Notes: generated by a model from the sequence alone, not told the origin. DNA of 64,000 nt from an uncultured Ignavibacteria bacterium (GCA_937870915.1 CALMZQ010000166.1:66-64065), one strand, 5' to 3'. Positions 49,623 through 59,465 are shown, numbered from the stretch's first letter. Program-made: numbers and translations.

Positions 49623-50349
49623 TCGACCGCTCTTGGACCGAACATCGCTCGGTAATCTGGACAAATGGTTGGAATTAGCTCAAACAGACGGTGCGATAGC
49701 GCTCATTGACAAAGAAACAGACTGGACATCATTCGATTGTGTTGCGAAACTTCGCAACCTTACTCGAGTGAAACGTGTTGGCCATGCGGGCACTCTCGAT
49801 CCTCTGGCAACGGGGCTCCTTGTTGTGTGCTTCGGCAAGGCAACAAAAGATATCGCCTTCCTCCAGGACGACGATAAGGTCTATGATGTGGAGGTCAAAC
49901 TAGGCGCTACGTCTACCACAGATGACAGTGCCGGCGAGATCACAGATGTGCAGAACGTCCATCAACATACAGATGCCGAAGTCCTTGCAGCCCTGCTGAG
50001 CTTTAAGGGTGCGATAGACCAAACGCCCCCTGCTTATAGCGCTGTGAAACATCAAGGAAAACGTCAGTACGACCTAGCCCGAGAAGGAAAGGAATTCACG
50101 CCGAAGACGCGTCAGGTCACAATCCATTCCATCTCAAACATTGTGATCACCTGGCCGATTCTATCTTGTACGATCCACTGCACAAAGGGCACGTATATCA
50201 GATCGATCGCTCGCGATCTTGGGTCCCGGCTTGGATGCGGCGGATATGTAACGGGGCTCCGCAGAACCAAAAGCGGGGGATTTGATGTTGAACACGCATT
50301 GAGGATCGGCGAAGTCCTCCAGGCTATCACATCAAAGGCGGCTGTATGA
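49612..50349 (+). CDS. truB: tRNA pseudouridine(55) synthase TruB
   Basis: Catalytic motif GHAGTLDPLATGLLVVCFGKATK. Start at ATG 49612 or GTG 49603; both overlap the rbfA 3' end. Confidence 0.9.
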   Translation: MTNDRPLLDRTSLGNLDKWLELAQTDGAIALIDKETDWTSFDCVAKLRNLTRVKRVGHAGTLDPLATGLLVVCFGKATKDIAFLQDDDKVYDVEVKLGATSTTDDSAGEITDVQNVHQHTDAEVLAALLSFKGAIDQTPPAYSAVKHQGKRQYDLAREGKEFTPKTRQVTIHSISNIVITWPILSCTIHCTKGTYIRSIARDLGSRLGCGGYVTGLRRTKSGGFDVEHALRIGEVLQAITSKAAV

Positions 50350-51305
50350 ATATCTTGAGATACAGCGTTGATGAGATTCCGTTCAACGCAAAGACGGCGA
50401 TCACTGTAGGTACGTTCGACGGTGTGCATTGCGGACATCAAGGGATCTTCTCGCGAATGCGCGAAGTAGCAAAAGAACATGACGAACGCACGGTGGTTGT
50501 AACCTTCCACCCACATCCGCAGATTGTGTTGGCAAAACCAGGCCGTGAACCCCTTCGCTTGCTCACATCGATTGACGAACGATGCGAGCTCCTCGAAAAA
50601 GCAGGCATCGATCTTGTTGTTGTGATTGAATTCTCGATGGAATTCGCCGCAATGTCCGCAGAACAGTTCATCCGATCGATCATCGTTGATACGATCGGTG
50701 TACAACACTTCTTCATTGGTCACGACCATTCCTTTGGCAAGGATCGTGGCGGTAATGAAGAGCTGTTGCAACAGCTTGGACACGAATTAGGTTTTCAGGT
50801 AGAAGGCATCCCACCGCTAGTGTGCAACGATATCGTTGTCAGTAGCACAAAGGTGCGAAACGCCGTGAAAACAGGGGACGTAGAAGAAGCACACTCAATG
50901 CTCGGCAGACCCTATGCCGTGCGAGGAGTAGTAGTGAAGGGAGATGGTAGGGGGCGATCCCTTGGCATCCCCACCGCAAATGTGCAGCTGATGGATGAAG
51001 CACGCCTGCTTCCGGCTATCGGCATCTACGTTGTTACGTCCGTGATCAACGGTACCACTTGTCTTGGCATGGCCAGCATAGGTGTTCGACCGATGTTCAC
51101 AACGGACACTGTGCCGACGCTTGAGGTGAACTACCTCGACATCGACATGGACCTTTATGGCAAAACACTCACTGTGGAGTTTCATACGAGACTGCGCGAC
51201 GAGATCAACTATGCCACCGTGGACGAGCTCCTTGTACAACTCGACGTTGACAGAACACAAACACGCATGTATCAACAACTCATCATTGAACGGAGTAATT
51301 CATGA
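50346..51305 (+). CDS. ribF: bifunctional riboflavin kinase / FMN adenylyltransferase
   Basis: Motif [12 protein letters not shown], then a riboflavin-kinase half ([11 protein letters not shown]...GVRPMF). ATGA overlap with truB. Confidence 0.9.
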   Translation: MNILRYSVDEIPFNAKTAITVGTFDGVHCGHQGIFSRMREVAKEHDERTVVVTFHPHPQIVLAKPGREPLRLLTSIDERCELLEKAGIDLVVVIEFSMEFAAMSAEQFIRSIIVDTIGVQHFFIGHDHSFGKDRGGNEELLQQLGHELGFQVEGIPPLVCNDIVVSSTKVRNAVKTGDVEEAHSMLGRPYAVRGVVVKGDGRGRSLGIPTANVQLMDEARLLPAIGIYVVTSVINGTTCLGMASIGVRPMFTTDTVPTLEVNYLDIDMDLYGKTLTVEFHTRLRDEINYATVDELLVQLDVDRTQTRMYQQLIIERSNS

Positions 51306-51568
51306 TCTCCAAAGAACGTAAGGCCGAAATCGTGCAGGCGCACGGCGGCACTGAAAACAATACCGGTAAGCCGGAAGTGCAGATCGCACTTTTGACCGAA
51401 CACATTAAGGCTCTCTCCGGACATTGCGAAACACATCGCAAGGATCACCACTCACGTCGCGGACTCATCATGCTCGTGGCTAAGCGGAAGAATTTGCTGG
51501 GGTATCTTCAAAAGAACAACATTCAGCGCTACCGCGAAATTCTCGCAGCTCTCGGACTTCGCAAGTAA
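51302..51568 (+). CDS. rpsO: 30S ribosomal protein S15
   Basis: 88 aa with [29 protein letters not shown] overlap with the ribF stop. Confidence 0.95.
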   Translation: MISKERKAEIVQAHGGTENNTGKPEVQIALLTEHIKALSGHCETHRKDHHSRRGLIMLVAKRKNLLGYLQKNNIQRYREILAALGLRK

Positions 51569-51576
51569 AACACATG

Positions 51577-51610
51577 GACGACGGCGCTTATGGCGCCGTC
51601 GTCTGTTTCT
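51577..51610 (+). terminator. intrinsic terminator after rpsO
   Basis: Perfect 11-bp stem of GACGACGGCGC (51577-87) and GCGCCGTCGTC (51593-603), with a 5-nt loop, then TGTTTCT. Confidence 0.8.
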
Positions 51611-51741
51611 GATCCAGGGTACAGAGATACCCATTCAACGGCATCGTGACACTCTTTGTCAAGGGGCTTATTGGTAAGCGCCACGACAAGGAGTGATGGA
51701 TGATCGCGATGCCCACCACCCAATTAATTGCAGGTTTTTTC

Positions 51742-54222
51742 ATGCATACGGTCAAAAAGACCATCAATGGCAAAGAACTCTCGTTAGAGACGGGACGTTT
51801 TGCCAAGCTCTCTGCGGGGTCCGTTATGGTCCGCTACGGAGACACAATGGTTTTAGTAGCAGCGAACTCCGCTACGGAACCAAAGCCAGATCTCGACTTC
51901 CTCCCGCTTACGTGTGAGTATCGCGAGAAGCAGGCATCATCAGGTAAGATCCCAGGCGGATTCTTCCGTCGTGAAGCACGTCCGTCAAATAAAGAGATTC
52001 TCGCATCTCGCTTGATGGATCGCCCCCTTCGCCCTCTCTTCCCAAAAGATTGGCGTAGCGAGATCCAAGTGATCGGTACGGTTTATTCCTACGATCTTGA
52101 GAACGAACCGGATATGCTTGCTGTGATCGGTGCATCAGCTGCACTCGTTACGAGTGATATCCCATTCTCGGGTCCGGTATCGGAAGTGCGCGTGTGTCGC
52201 GTTGACGGTGAATTCGTTGTGTTGCCTACATGGTCGCAAATCGAAGCATCGGATCTTGAGATCATCGTTGCCGGTTCCGACACATCCATCGTGATGGTTG
52301 AAGGGGCAAGCAAGGAAATCTCGGAGGCCGACTTCGTGGCGGCTATGGAGTTTGCCCACACAATGATCCGCGAGATCAATGCTCTTCAGCGCGAACTTGC
52401 AGCACTCGTTAATCCAACCAAGCGTGAGGTTGTCTCCACGGCTCCACCGGAAGAGATCATTAGCGCTATCGATAACGCTATTGCCGGCCGCATTCGCCAG
52501 CAGATCCGCATCAGCTCTTCAAAAGAAGAACGTAATGCCTTCCGCTCAGAAGTAAAGAAGCTCGCAACGGAAGCAGCTACAGCTGTTGTAACGGCAGATG
52601 CCGAGAAGTTCGCAGCTGTGAAGGTAGACAAGGTTGTAAGCAGCATCGTAAAGAAGATCGAAGCGCGCGAAATGCGCGAAATGATCCTTACCGATGGTGT
52701 TCGTCTCGATGGTCGTAAGACCAATGAGATCCGCCCAATCACAGTTGAAACGGGCGTTCTGCCTCGTCCGCACGGCTCTGCACTCTTTACTCGTGGCGAG
52801 ACGCAGTCTCTCACAACAGTAACACTTGGAACAAAGAAGAGTGCACAGCTTATCGATGGACTTCGTCCAACGTATGAACTGCGCTACATGCTCCACTATA
52901 ACTTCCCGCCGTTCTCAACAGGGGAGACGGGTCGTTTCGGATTCACGAGCCGACGTGAAACAGGTCACGGAGACCTGGCAGAGCGCGCTCTTGAACCATT
53001 CATTCCCAATGAAGCAGACTTCCCTTACACCATTCGTGTTGTATCGGATGTACTTGAGTCGAACGGTTCATCATCTATGGCAACGGTCTGCGCTGGGTCA
53101 CTTGCGCTCTATCATGCCGGTGTACCGATGACAAATGCCGTTTCCGGTATTGCCATGGGTCTTATCCTTGAAGGTGATCGTTTTGCAGTGCTCAGCGATA
53201 TCCTTGGTGACGAGGACTTCTTGGGCGACATGGACTTCAAAGTCACGGGCACGATGAATGGCATCACAGCATGCCAAATGGACATCAAGGTGGAAGGACT
53301 GTCGGTAGAGATCATGCGTCAGGCACTAGCCCAAGCGCGTGATGGTCGCCTTCACATCCTCGGCATCATGAATGCCCACATGAATAAGCCGAACGACGAT
53401 CTGTCACAGTATGCTCCGAAGCTTACAACCATCATGATCCCAGTGGAGATGATCGGTGCAGTTATCGGACCAGGCGGTGAGATGATCCGAAGCATCTGCA
53501 AGGACACAAACACCGAGATCAACATCGAAGACGATGGTTCGATCACGATTGCGGCGATCGATCAGGCAAGTTGTGATGCAGCAATCTCTAAGATTCGCGA
53601 AATCACACGTCCGATTGAGATCGACACGGTCTTCACCGGTAAGGTGAAGGAGATCCGCGAAGGTCTAGGCGCTTTCATCGAGATACGACCAAAGAAGGAA
53701 GGCCTGCTACACATTTCTCAACTCGACCACCGTCGCGTTGAGAACGTAGGAGACATCCTTAAGGTTGGCGAACTCGTGCAGGTAAAGGTGATCGAAGTAC
53801 AACCGGACGGTAAGGTTCGTCTGTCTCGCAAGGCACTGATCCCTCTGCCGGAAGGCATGGAGGCGCAAGAAGAACGTCCTCGTTCCCCACGTCCGCCTTA
53901 CGGCGGTGGTGGCGGTGATCGCGGTGGACGTGGCGGCGGCGACCGTGGTGGCGACCGTGGAGGTCGCGGTGGTGGTGACCGCGGCGGTGATCGTTACGGA
54001 CGTGGTGGTGGCGATCGCGGCGGAGACCGCGGACCACGCGGACCACGCGACGAACGCCCACGCGACGAACGCCCACGCGACGAACGTCCACGCGACGAAC
54101 GCCCACGCGACGAACGTCCACACGACGAACGTCCACGTGACGAACGCCCACGCGACGAACGTCCACGTGATGAACAGCCACGTGAAAAGCCATCGGGAGA
54201 CGGCGACTTCTACGTTGGATGA
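51742..54222 (+). CDS. pnp: polyribonucleotide nucleotidyltransferase (PNPase) with long low-complexity C-terminal tail
   Basis: ATG 51742 (MHTVKKTINGKELSLETGRFAK). Two RNase PH domains (FPPFSTGE, SSSMATVCAGSLAL), KH (GPGGEMIRSI) and S1 (FTGKVKEIREGLGAFIEI). These are followed by about 125 aa of GGGDRGG and DERPR repeats. Confidence 0.95.
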   Translation: MHTVKKTINGKELSLETGRFAKLSAGSVMVRYGDTMVLVAANSATEPKPDLDFLPLTCEYREKQASSGKIPGGFFRREARPSNKEILASRLMDRPLRPLFPKDWRSEIQVIGTVYSYDLENEPDMLAVIGASAALVTSDIPFSGPVSEVRVCRVDGEFVVLPTWSQIEASDLEIIVAGSDTSIVMVEGASKEISEADFVAAMEFAHTMIREINALQRELAALVNPTKREVVSTAPPEEIISAIDNAIAGRIRQQIRISSSKEERNAFRSEVKKLATEAATAVVTADAEKFAAVKVDKVVSSIVKKIEAREMREMILTDGVRLDGRKTNEIRPITVETGVLPRPHGSALFTRGETQSLTTVTLGTKKSAQLIDGLRPTYELRYMLHYNFPPFSTGETGRFGFTSRRETGHGDLAERALEPFIPNEADFPYTIRVVSDVLESNGSSSMATVCAGSLALYHAGVPMTNAVSGIAMGLILEGDRFAVLSDILGDEDFLGDMDFKVTGTMNGITACQMDIKVEGLSVEIMRQALAQARDGRLHILGIMNAHMNKPNDDLSQYAPKLTTIMIPVEMIGAVIGPGGEMIRSICKDTNTEINIEDDGSITIAAIDQASCDAAISKIREITRPIEIDTVFTGKVKEIREGLGAFIEIRPKKEGLLHISQLDHRRVENVGDILKVGELVQVKVIEVQPDGKVRLSRKALIPLPEGMEAQEERPRSPRPPYGGGGGDRGGRGGGDRGGDRGGRGGGDRGGDRYGRGGGDRGGDRGPRGPRDERPRDERPRDERPRDERPRDERPHDERPRDERPRDERPRDEQPREKPSGDGDFYVG
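54049..54183 (+). repeat. 15-nt in-frame tandem repeat x9 (GACGAACGYCCACGY, encoding DERPR)
   Basis: Nine consecutive units were read directly. Variants encode DERPH and DEQPR. The repeat is preceded by a GGTGGCGAYCGYGG-type GGDRGG repeat region at about 53897-54030. Confidence 0.9.
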
Positions 54223-54251
54223 ACGAAACACTCATCAATAAGAAATGAAAC

Positions 54252-54283
54252 ATGTAGCGCACCGGGCATCTGGTGCGCTACAT
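54252..54283 (+). terminator. strong stem-loop after pnp (terminator or 3'-end stabiliser)
   Basis: 12-bp perfect stem of ATGTAGCGCACC (54252-63) and GGTGCGCTACAT (54272-83), with an 8-nt loop. The downstream tract TCATTTA is weakly U-rich. It ends 7 nt before ATG 54291. Confidence 0.5.
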
Positions 54284-54290
54284 TCATTTA

Positions 54291-56411
54291 ATGAGGAGCC
54301 TCGAGTTGAAACGTACCCTACTAATTGCAATCCTCTTCGGAGCTACAGCGGTAATGAGCGCACAGATATCGTATCCGGAAACTCGTCGTGTACATGTGGC
54401 CGACACAATACATGGAACCGTGGTCACCGACCCGTTTCGCTGGTTAGAGAACGACCGCGACCCAGAAGTTGAGGCGTGGGCAATCGAGCAAGCAAAGACT
54501 ACGGAGTTGTACCTCTCGAAGATCCCATTTCGCTACAAGTTGCTCGACCGACTTCATACTGTGACGAATTTTGAGCGCTATTCAGCGCCTTGGCATCGTG
54601 CAGGTATCACCTTCTTCTACAAGAACACCGGTGCACAGAACCATGCTGTGTTGTACATGAAGAGGAATGGTTCTGCAGAGCCAGAAGTGTTGCTCGACCC
54701 GAATACCTTTAGCGAGGATGGTACAGTTGGGCTTTCCTTTGCTTCGGAGAGTACTGACGGCAAGTACCTTGCATTTGGAAAGACAGAGGGTGGTTCGGAC
54801 TGGAACGATATCTTCATCATGGACCTTTCAACAAAACAGATCCTTCCCGATGTAATCAAATGGGTGAAGAACAGTGGTGTGAGTTGGTATGAAGGGGGCT
54901 TCTACTACTCTCGATATAAGGTGAGTGATGATAGCGAGAAGTCGCTCACAGAAAAGAATTCATATCAATCCGTGATGTATCACACGCTTGGCACTACACA
55001 GGACAAGGACCAACTCATCTTCAGTGATCCGGAGCACCCAGAGCAGTTTGTTGGGTGCTACGTTCTGGATCGTTCGAAGTACCTCATCCGTTATGTGCGC
55101 CAGGGGGCAAGTGACGGAAATGAGATCTTTGTCAGGCCGTTGAGCGAACCATCAGCCCCTTGGAAAAAGATCTTTTCGTCAACCAGCACATCATTCTATC
55201 CATCCTTTGATGATAATGGTGTGTTGTATGGAACATCTACGGATGATGCACCTAATGGTAAGGTGGTACGCATTAATGATCCACTCGGCACGGCAGCATT
55301 TGAAACCGTTGTGGCAGAACGTGAAACAGTACTCGACGGGGTTTCATTTGCATCGGGACGGATATTCCTCACGTGGATGAAGCATGTTCGTCATGAAGTA
55401 GAGATTGCCGATATGAAGGGGAAGATCATTGGCACTATTCAACTCCCTGGTCTAGGCACAGTATCGGGCTTTGGTGGTGAACCGGAGGACACCTCGCTGT
55501 TTTACACCTTTACATCGTATACCTATCCAACAACGATCTTTGAATACACTGTAGCCACAGGCGCTAGTAGTGTGTGGCAGAAGGTAGATGCGAAATTCGA
55601 TCCCGAACAATTTGCAGCCGAGCAGGTGTTCGTAACCAGTAAGGATGGAACACGCGTCCCGATGTTTGTTCTGTCGTTGAAGGGGCTACCAAAAACAGGC
55701 ACAGCCCCAACCGTACTTTATGGTTATGGTGGATTCAACGTCTCACTCAACCCAAGCTTTAATGCCAATCTCATTCCCTGGCTTGAACAAGGCGGAGTAG
55801 TGGCCATTGCAAACCTTCGGGGCGGCGGGGAATATGGTGAGGCATGGCACAAAGCAGGAATGCGTACACAGAAGCAGAACGTGTTTGATGATGCCATTTC
55901 ATGTGCAGAGTGGCTCATTGAACACACGATAACACAGCCAAGCCTCCTTGCGATCAATGGAGGTTCAAACGGCGGTTTGCTTGTTGGAGCCGTTGTGAAC
56001 CAACGTCCGGATCTGTTTCGAGTAGCGGTGCCAGAAGTTGGGGTAATGGATATGCTGCGCTTCCAACTCTTTACCATCGGTTGGAATTGGCAGGCGGACT
56101 ATGGAGAGATCACAAACCAGGATGAATTTAGGGCGCTGTATGCGTATTCGCCTTATCACCAGTTGCGCGAGACGGTGAACTATCCGTCGACGATGATCAT
56201 GACTGCTGACCACGACGATAGAGTAGTACCGGCTCACAGCTTTAAATACGCGGCAATGCTACAGCACGTATACAAGGGAGATAGACCGATGTTGCTGCGC
56301 GTGCAGATCAAGTCGGGTCATGGTGCAGTGAACCGCGATAAACAACTCGAAGGAGTAGCAGATAAGTACTCGTTCATGTGGTATGAGATGGGAGTCACTC
56401 CGAGTTACTAG
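54291..56411 (+). CDS. prolyl oligopeptidase (S9A)
   Basis: N-terminal YPETRRVHVADTIHGTVVTDPFRWLEND, catalytic Ser context GGSNGGLLVGA, and DHDDRVVPAHSFK. ATG 54291 is preferred because GTG 54273 lies inside the upstream hairpin. Confidence 0.9.
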   Translation: MRSLELKRTLLIAILFGATAVMSAQISYPETRRVHVADTIHGTVVTDPFRWLENDRDPEVEAWAIEQAKTTELYLSKIPFRYKLLDRLHTVTNFERYSAPWHRAGITFFYKNTGAQNHAVLYMKRNGSAEPEVLLDPNTFSEDGTVGLSFASESTDGKYLAFGKTEGGSDWNDIFIMDLSTKQILPDVIKWVKNSGVSWYEGGFYYSRYKVSDDSEKSLTEKNSYQSVMYHTLGTTQDKDQLIFSDPEHPEQFVGCYVLDRSKYLIRYVRQGASDGNEIFVRPLSEPSAPWKKIFSSTSTSFYPSFDDNGVLYGTSTDDAPNGKVVRINDPLGTAAFETVVAERETVLDGVSFASGRIFLTWMKHVRHEVEIADMKGKIIGTIQLPGLGTVSGFGGEPEDTSLFYTFTSYTYPTTIFEYTVATGASSVWQKVDAKFDPEQFAAEQVFVTSKDGTRVPMFVLSLKGLPKTGTAPTVLYGYGGFNVSLNPSFNANLIPWLEQGGVVAIANLRGGGEYGEAWHKAGMRTQKQNVFDDAISCAEWLIEHTITQPSLLAINGGSNGGLLVGAVVNQRPDLFRVAVPEVGVMDMLRFQLFTIGWNWQADYGEITNQDEFRALYAYSPYHQLRETVNYPSTMIMTADHDDRVVPAHSFKYAAMLQHVYKGDRPMLLRVQIKSGHGAVNRDKQLEGVADKYSFMWYEMGVTPSY

Positions 56412-56430
56412 TTACAAGTTACTAGTTACT
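56403..56430. repeat. 7-nt tandem array AGTTACW x4
   Basis: Units: AGTTACT, AGTTACA, AGTTACT, AGTTACT. The first unit junction supplies the oligopeptidase stop TAG (56409-11). The minus strand reads AGTAACT, giving a TAA in each unit. Confidence 0.85.
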
Positions 56431-56491
56431 CAAAACACGTGAGAGGTTAACATGAAGTGGATTGCAGTTGGACTTGCGTGAGGTGTGTGTG

Positions 56492-58627
56492 CTAGCGGAC
56501 GATGACCAATGAAGCCGACTGGCCAGTTGCGCCGATGATGGCCGTGTACGTGCCCGGCGGAAGTGAACGAACGTCCAACGTGGCAACACCGTTGTCTACA
56601 GTTGAGATCTGTTCAGCAACGCAAACTCCAAGAGCATTGACGATCCGAATTGGTGTTGGCATCGTTGTGGAGATGCCTGCAATACGGACAACGTCTCGAC
56701 CCGGCGTAGGATAGACCGATGTCGAAATGACTGTTGTTTGCTCCTCAACACTCACAGGCTGGTCATTCTTTTCAATGACACTGATGCCGCTTCTCAGGAG
56801 GTGTTCTTCTGCATCGAGTTCAAGACCCACGGAGAAGGATCGTAGCGTCATCGGTTCTGTTGTTACGGTTCCATTCGGCGTCATATGAATCAGGCCTAGT
56901 GGAAATGAAACAAAGAGATGTCCGCCGTTGGTTACAACAGCATCGAGGAGTGGGGGTTCCAATCCGTTTGGTATGTCATAGGTTCCCGTTACCCATGTTG
57001 TTCCACCGTTTGTGGTTACAGCAAACTCAAGACGTCCGTCATTTTCATTGCCACCCACCACACCGAATGCATCTGCGTTAGAAGCAGACGTAACGGCAAA
57101 CCCTACGGGAACATCAAGTCGGTGGAGAGGCGCGAGCGACGAGCCATCAACGCGATAGAGAGTTTGTCCTGCAGCAACGTACAACGTTCCGTTTGCTGAT
57201 TCGGAGATTCCACTGAGTCTGATTGAATCGTCGACTGATACAATTGGCGTCCACGTAAGGCCGAGGTCTAATGACTGAAGTACCTCGTTCCTCGTCGTAA
57301 CCACAACTGCGCCGTTACGCCGTTTACCGAGATTCAGCTGGTACTGCATCCCTTCTGTACCCGATACAACGCTCCACGAGTTGCCGTCGTCCACTGAGCG
57401 CATCATGCCGATGGAAGAATTGATGAGGTACGTAGATGGGGCAATCCCTACAACATCAAGCAGCGGGAAGTCGCCGGAAACAGCTGGTCGATCAGCGATC
57501 AGATCCCACGACGTTCCGTCTATGGAGCCACGGTAGATGTCTCCGCTGAAGGAGACTGCGATGATGGATGATCCCTGAATTGCAAACCGCCATATTGGCT
57601 GCAGGCGGATACCCTGTGAGCGAAATTCCCATTCGGATCCCCAGGTATCGGAGAAGAACGGTCCGGCGTCTCCAGGAAAGATGATGTTGTTCTCGCCGAA
57701 ACTGATCGGTCTGCGGACGGGAATAGGCAACGAATCCTGACGTGTTGACCACACAAGTGAATCGTTCTTCAGGCGGAAGATAGCCGTATGCGACTCATCA
57801 TATTGTGCGAACAGTACAGCTCCTCCATCAGGGAACCCTACGATCTGTCGCGGATAGAAGGTGGTTACCGGCGAATCAAACGTGGTTGAGGTCCACGTGG
57901 CCCCGTCATTCGTTGTAGAATAGACAGAATCCAGAGAAACCAGATACAGTCTTGTTCCTGCAGTACAGATATTCTGTATTGGAGTACCTGCTTCCGGTAA
58001 CGGGACAATGGTCCATTGACCATCTGTGGAACGACGGCGAATCAGCTCATCGTTATCGGCAACATAGGTGACGCCCTCAGTAGTTTCGTGAATGCTTCGC
58101 GGCATGTCTATAAGGCCCGTTTCAAGGCTCCATGTTTGACCGCCATCACTGGTAGCGAGAACCACTGTTGAGTTTGTGGAGCGGGCAAAGGCAAGCCCCT
58201 TACCATTGCGAAGTCCGGCAACGAGCAACTCTGCGCCTTGGAATTCTACCGGAACCTGAGACGTAGACCACGTGGATCCGCCATCGAAAGTGGTGTAGAT
58301 CTCGGTGAAATCTCCATCCGTTGGATAGAGAGCAACGATCTTAACATTGAACGGTCCGCGGATGATGGCTACGCGAGCATCAAAGCTCATGTCTTCTATT
58401 CCAAGGGGCGAACGCGGCGGGATAGCGGTCCATGTGAGTCCCTTGTCTGTAGACCGAACAACAAAGAGGCCAACATTGCCATAAAGCGTACCGTCATCAT
58501 CGGCAACGATCTCATCTAGTTTTCCGCCGTATATCGGCGAGCTGATCGGCGTCCATGTTTGAGACGCTGCTTCGGACGAGAAGGCACATGCAACAAGGAT
58601 TGCGACTACAAGAACTGCATAACGCAT
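56492..58627 (-). CDS. secreted BNR/Asp-box multi-propeller protein with T9SS CTD
   Basis: ATG 58627 (MRYAVLVVAILVACAFSSEAASQ). Asp-box repeats: STDKGLTWT, TFDGGSTWS, TSDGGQTWS, TTNDGATWT, SVDDGNSWS, SLDLGLTWT, TTNGGTTWV. C-terminal VYPTPGRDVVRIAG...PPGTYTAIIG...LVIVR. Confidence 0.8.
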   Translation of the reverse strand: MRYAVLVVAILVACAFSSEAASQTWTPISSPIYGGKLDEIVADDDGTLYGNVGLFVVRSTDKGLTWTAIPPRSPLGIEDMSFDARVAIIRGPFNVKIVALYPTDGDFTEIYTTFDGGSTWSTSQVPVEFQGAELLVAGLRNGKGLAFARSTNSTVVLATSDGGQTWSLETGLIDMPRSIHETTEGVTYVADNDELIRRRSTDGQWTIVPLPEAGTPIQNICTAGTRLYLVSLDSVYSTTNDGATWTSTTFDSPVTTFYPRQIVGFPDGGAVLFAQYDESHTAIFRLKNDSLVWSTRQDSLPIPVRRPISFGENNIIFPGDAGPFFSDTWGSEWEFRSQGIRLQPIWRFAIQGSSIIAVSFSGDIYRGSIDGTSWDLIADRPAVSGDFPLLDVVGIAPSTYLINSSIGMMRSVDDGNSWSVVSGTEGMQYQLNLGKRRNGAVVVTTRNEVLQSLDLGLTWTPIVSVDDSIRLSGISESANGTLYVAAGQTLYRVDGSSLAPLHRLDVPVGFAVTSASNADAFGVVGGNENDGRLEFAVTTNGGTTWVTGTYDIPNGLEPPLLDAVVTNGGHLFVSFPLGLIHMTPNGTVTTEPMTLRSFSVGLELDAEEHLLRSGISVIEKNDQPVSVEEQTTVISTSVYPTPGRDVVRIAGISTTMPTPIRIVNALGVCVAEQISTVDNGVATLDVRSLPPGTYTAIIGATGQSASLVIVR

Positions 58628-58687
58628 AATCGACTCCAGTGTGATGAACACGAAGATACTAAGTGCAACCACCTCAACATCTCGGCG

Positions 58688-59197
58688 CTATGCCTGGATC
58701 TGAAACACCAAGTGCTGCACGATTGAACCGTCCGGCTCGGACAAATCCTCTGAACCAATGAGGGTTGCTCCAATCCGCTGAACTGCCGTTTGTGACCGAA
58801 TATTATTGGCTCCGATCTGAAAGAGAACGCGATTCACGTACTGAAAAGCATGGTTGATCATGAGTCTTTTCATCTCGTGATTATATGTCCCACCCCAGCA
58901 ATGTCGAGCAAGAAACGTATAGCCGATGTATACTACACTCTCGTCTGTATTGAGATTATAGAACCGCGTTGATCCTATAATGTTGGACGTGTCTGCATCG
59001 ATCACGGCAAATGCACCGCACGAATCCATCGCCCCTTGAAAGAACTTCTCAAACACCTCACGCTTGTATCTGTCACTGTTTGGATGTTGCTCCCAGATCA
59101 TTGGGTCGGATGCAACAGAATACATGGCCTCGAAATCTTCGATGCATAGGGGTCTGAGCACGATACGTTCAGATGTTAATGTGGGTTGGAGTTCCAT
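58688..59197 (-). CDS. GNAT-family N-acetyltransferase (RimJ/RimL-like)
   Basis: 169 aa. The ERIVLRPLCIEDFEAMYSVASDP opening and the ...GYTFLARHCWGGTYNHEMKRLMINHAF core are typical of GNAT acetyltransferases. Confidence 0.75.
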   Translation of the reverse strand: MELQPTLTSERIVLRPLCIEDFEAMYSVASDPMIWEQHPNSDRYKREVFEKFFQGAMDSCGAFAVIDADTSNIIGSTRFYNLNTDESVVYIGYTFLARHCWGGTYNHEMKRLMINHAFQYVNRVLFQIGANNIRSQTAVQRIGATLIGSEDLSEPDGSIVQHLVFQIQA

Positions 59198-59202
59198 CCC
59201 AG

Positions 59203-59457
59203 TTATCCCTTAGCGATACGGATAGGCCCGAGTGGAAGAATCCCGGCAAACAATCCCCAGAACGTTTGTTTCCACGACCAGTTTTCCGTGTTCGACCTGC
59301 GGATGACCATGAAACAATAGGCAACGAAGAGGACGCCGTGAATAGGCCCTAGGATCTTCACACCGAGCTGTTGGTCTGCGAAGTACTTCAGCGGAACAGC
59401 AACGAAAAGCAGGAGGAGGTAGGACGTTACCTCTGCGTAGGCGATGAGTTTGAACAT
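59203..59457 (-). CDS. DUF3817-family small membrane protein
   Basis: 84 aa with 3 TM segments. The sequence AEVTSYLLLLFVAVPLKYFADQQLGVKILGPIHGVLFVAY matches the DUF3817 pattern. Confidence 0.65.
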   Translation of the reverse strand: MFKLIAYAEVTSYLLLLFVAVPLKYFADQQLGVKILGPIHGVLFVAYCFMVIRRSNTENWSWKQTFWGLFAGILPLGPIRIAKG

Positions 59458-59465
59458 GGATAGAG

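Noticed and set aside
41741-51611. Structured pnp leader, riboswitch or sRNA in the rpsO-pnp intergenic region (51611-51741)
   Set aside because: I found only short 4-5 bp complementary segments by eye and no convincing conserved-looking structure. This cannot be supported without folding or covariation analysis.
53707-54262. Overlapping ORFs on both strands across the pnp tail (174, 167 and 111 aa; His/Val/Arg-rich repeats)
   Set aside because: These are alternative-frame and antisense readings of the GGDRGG and DERPR DNA repeats. The pnp frame is continuous with the KH and S1 domains.
56452-56481. 9-codon ORF MKWIAVGLA with a GAGAGG upstream, in the convergent gap after the oligopeptidase
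   Set aside because: It is too short and has no supporting context, so it is most likely chance.
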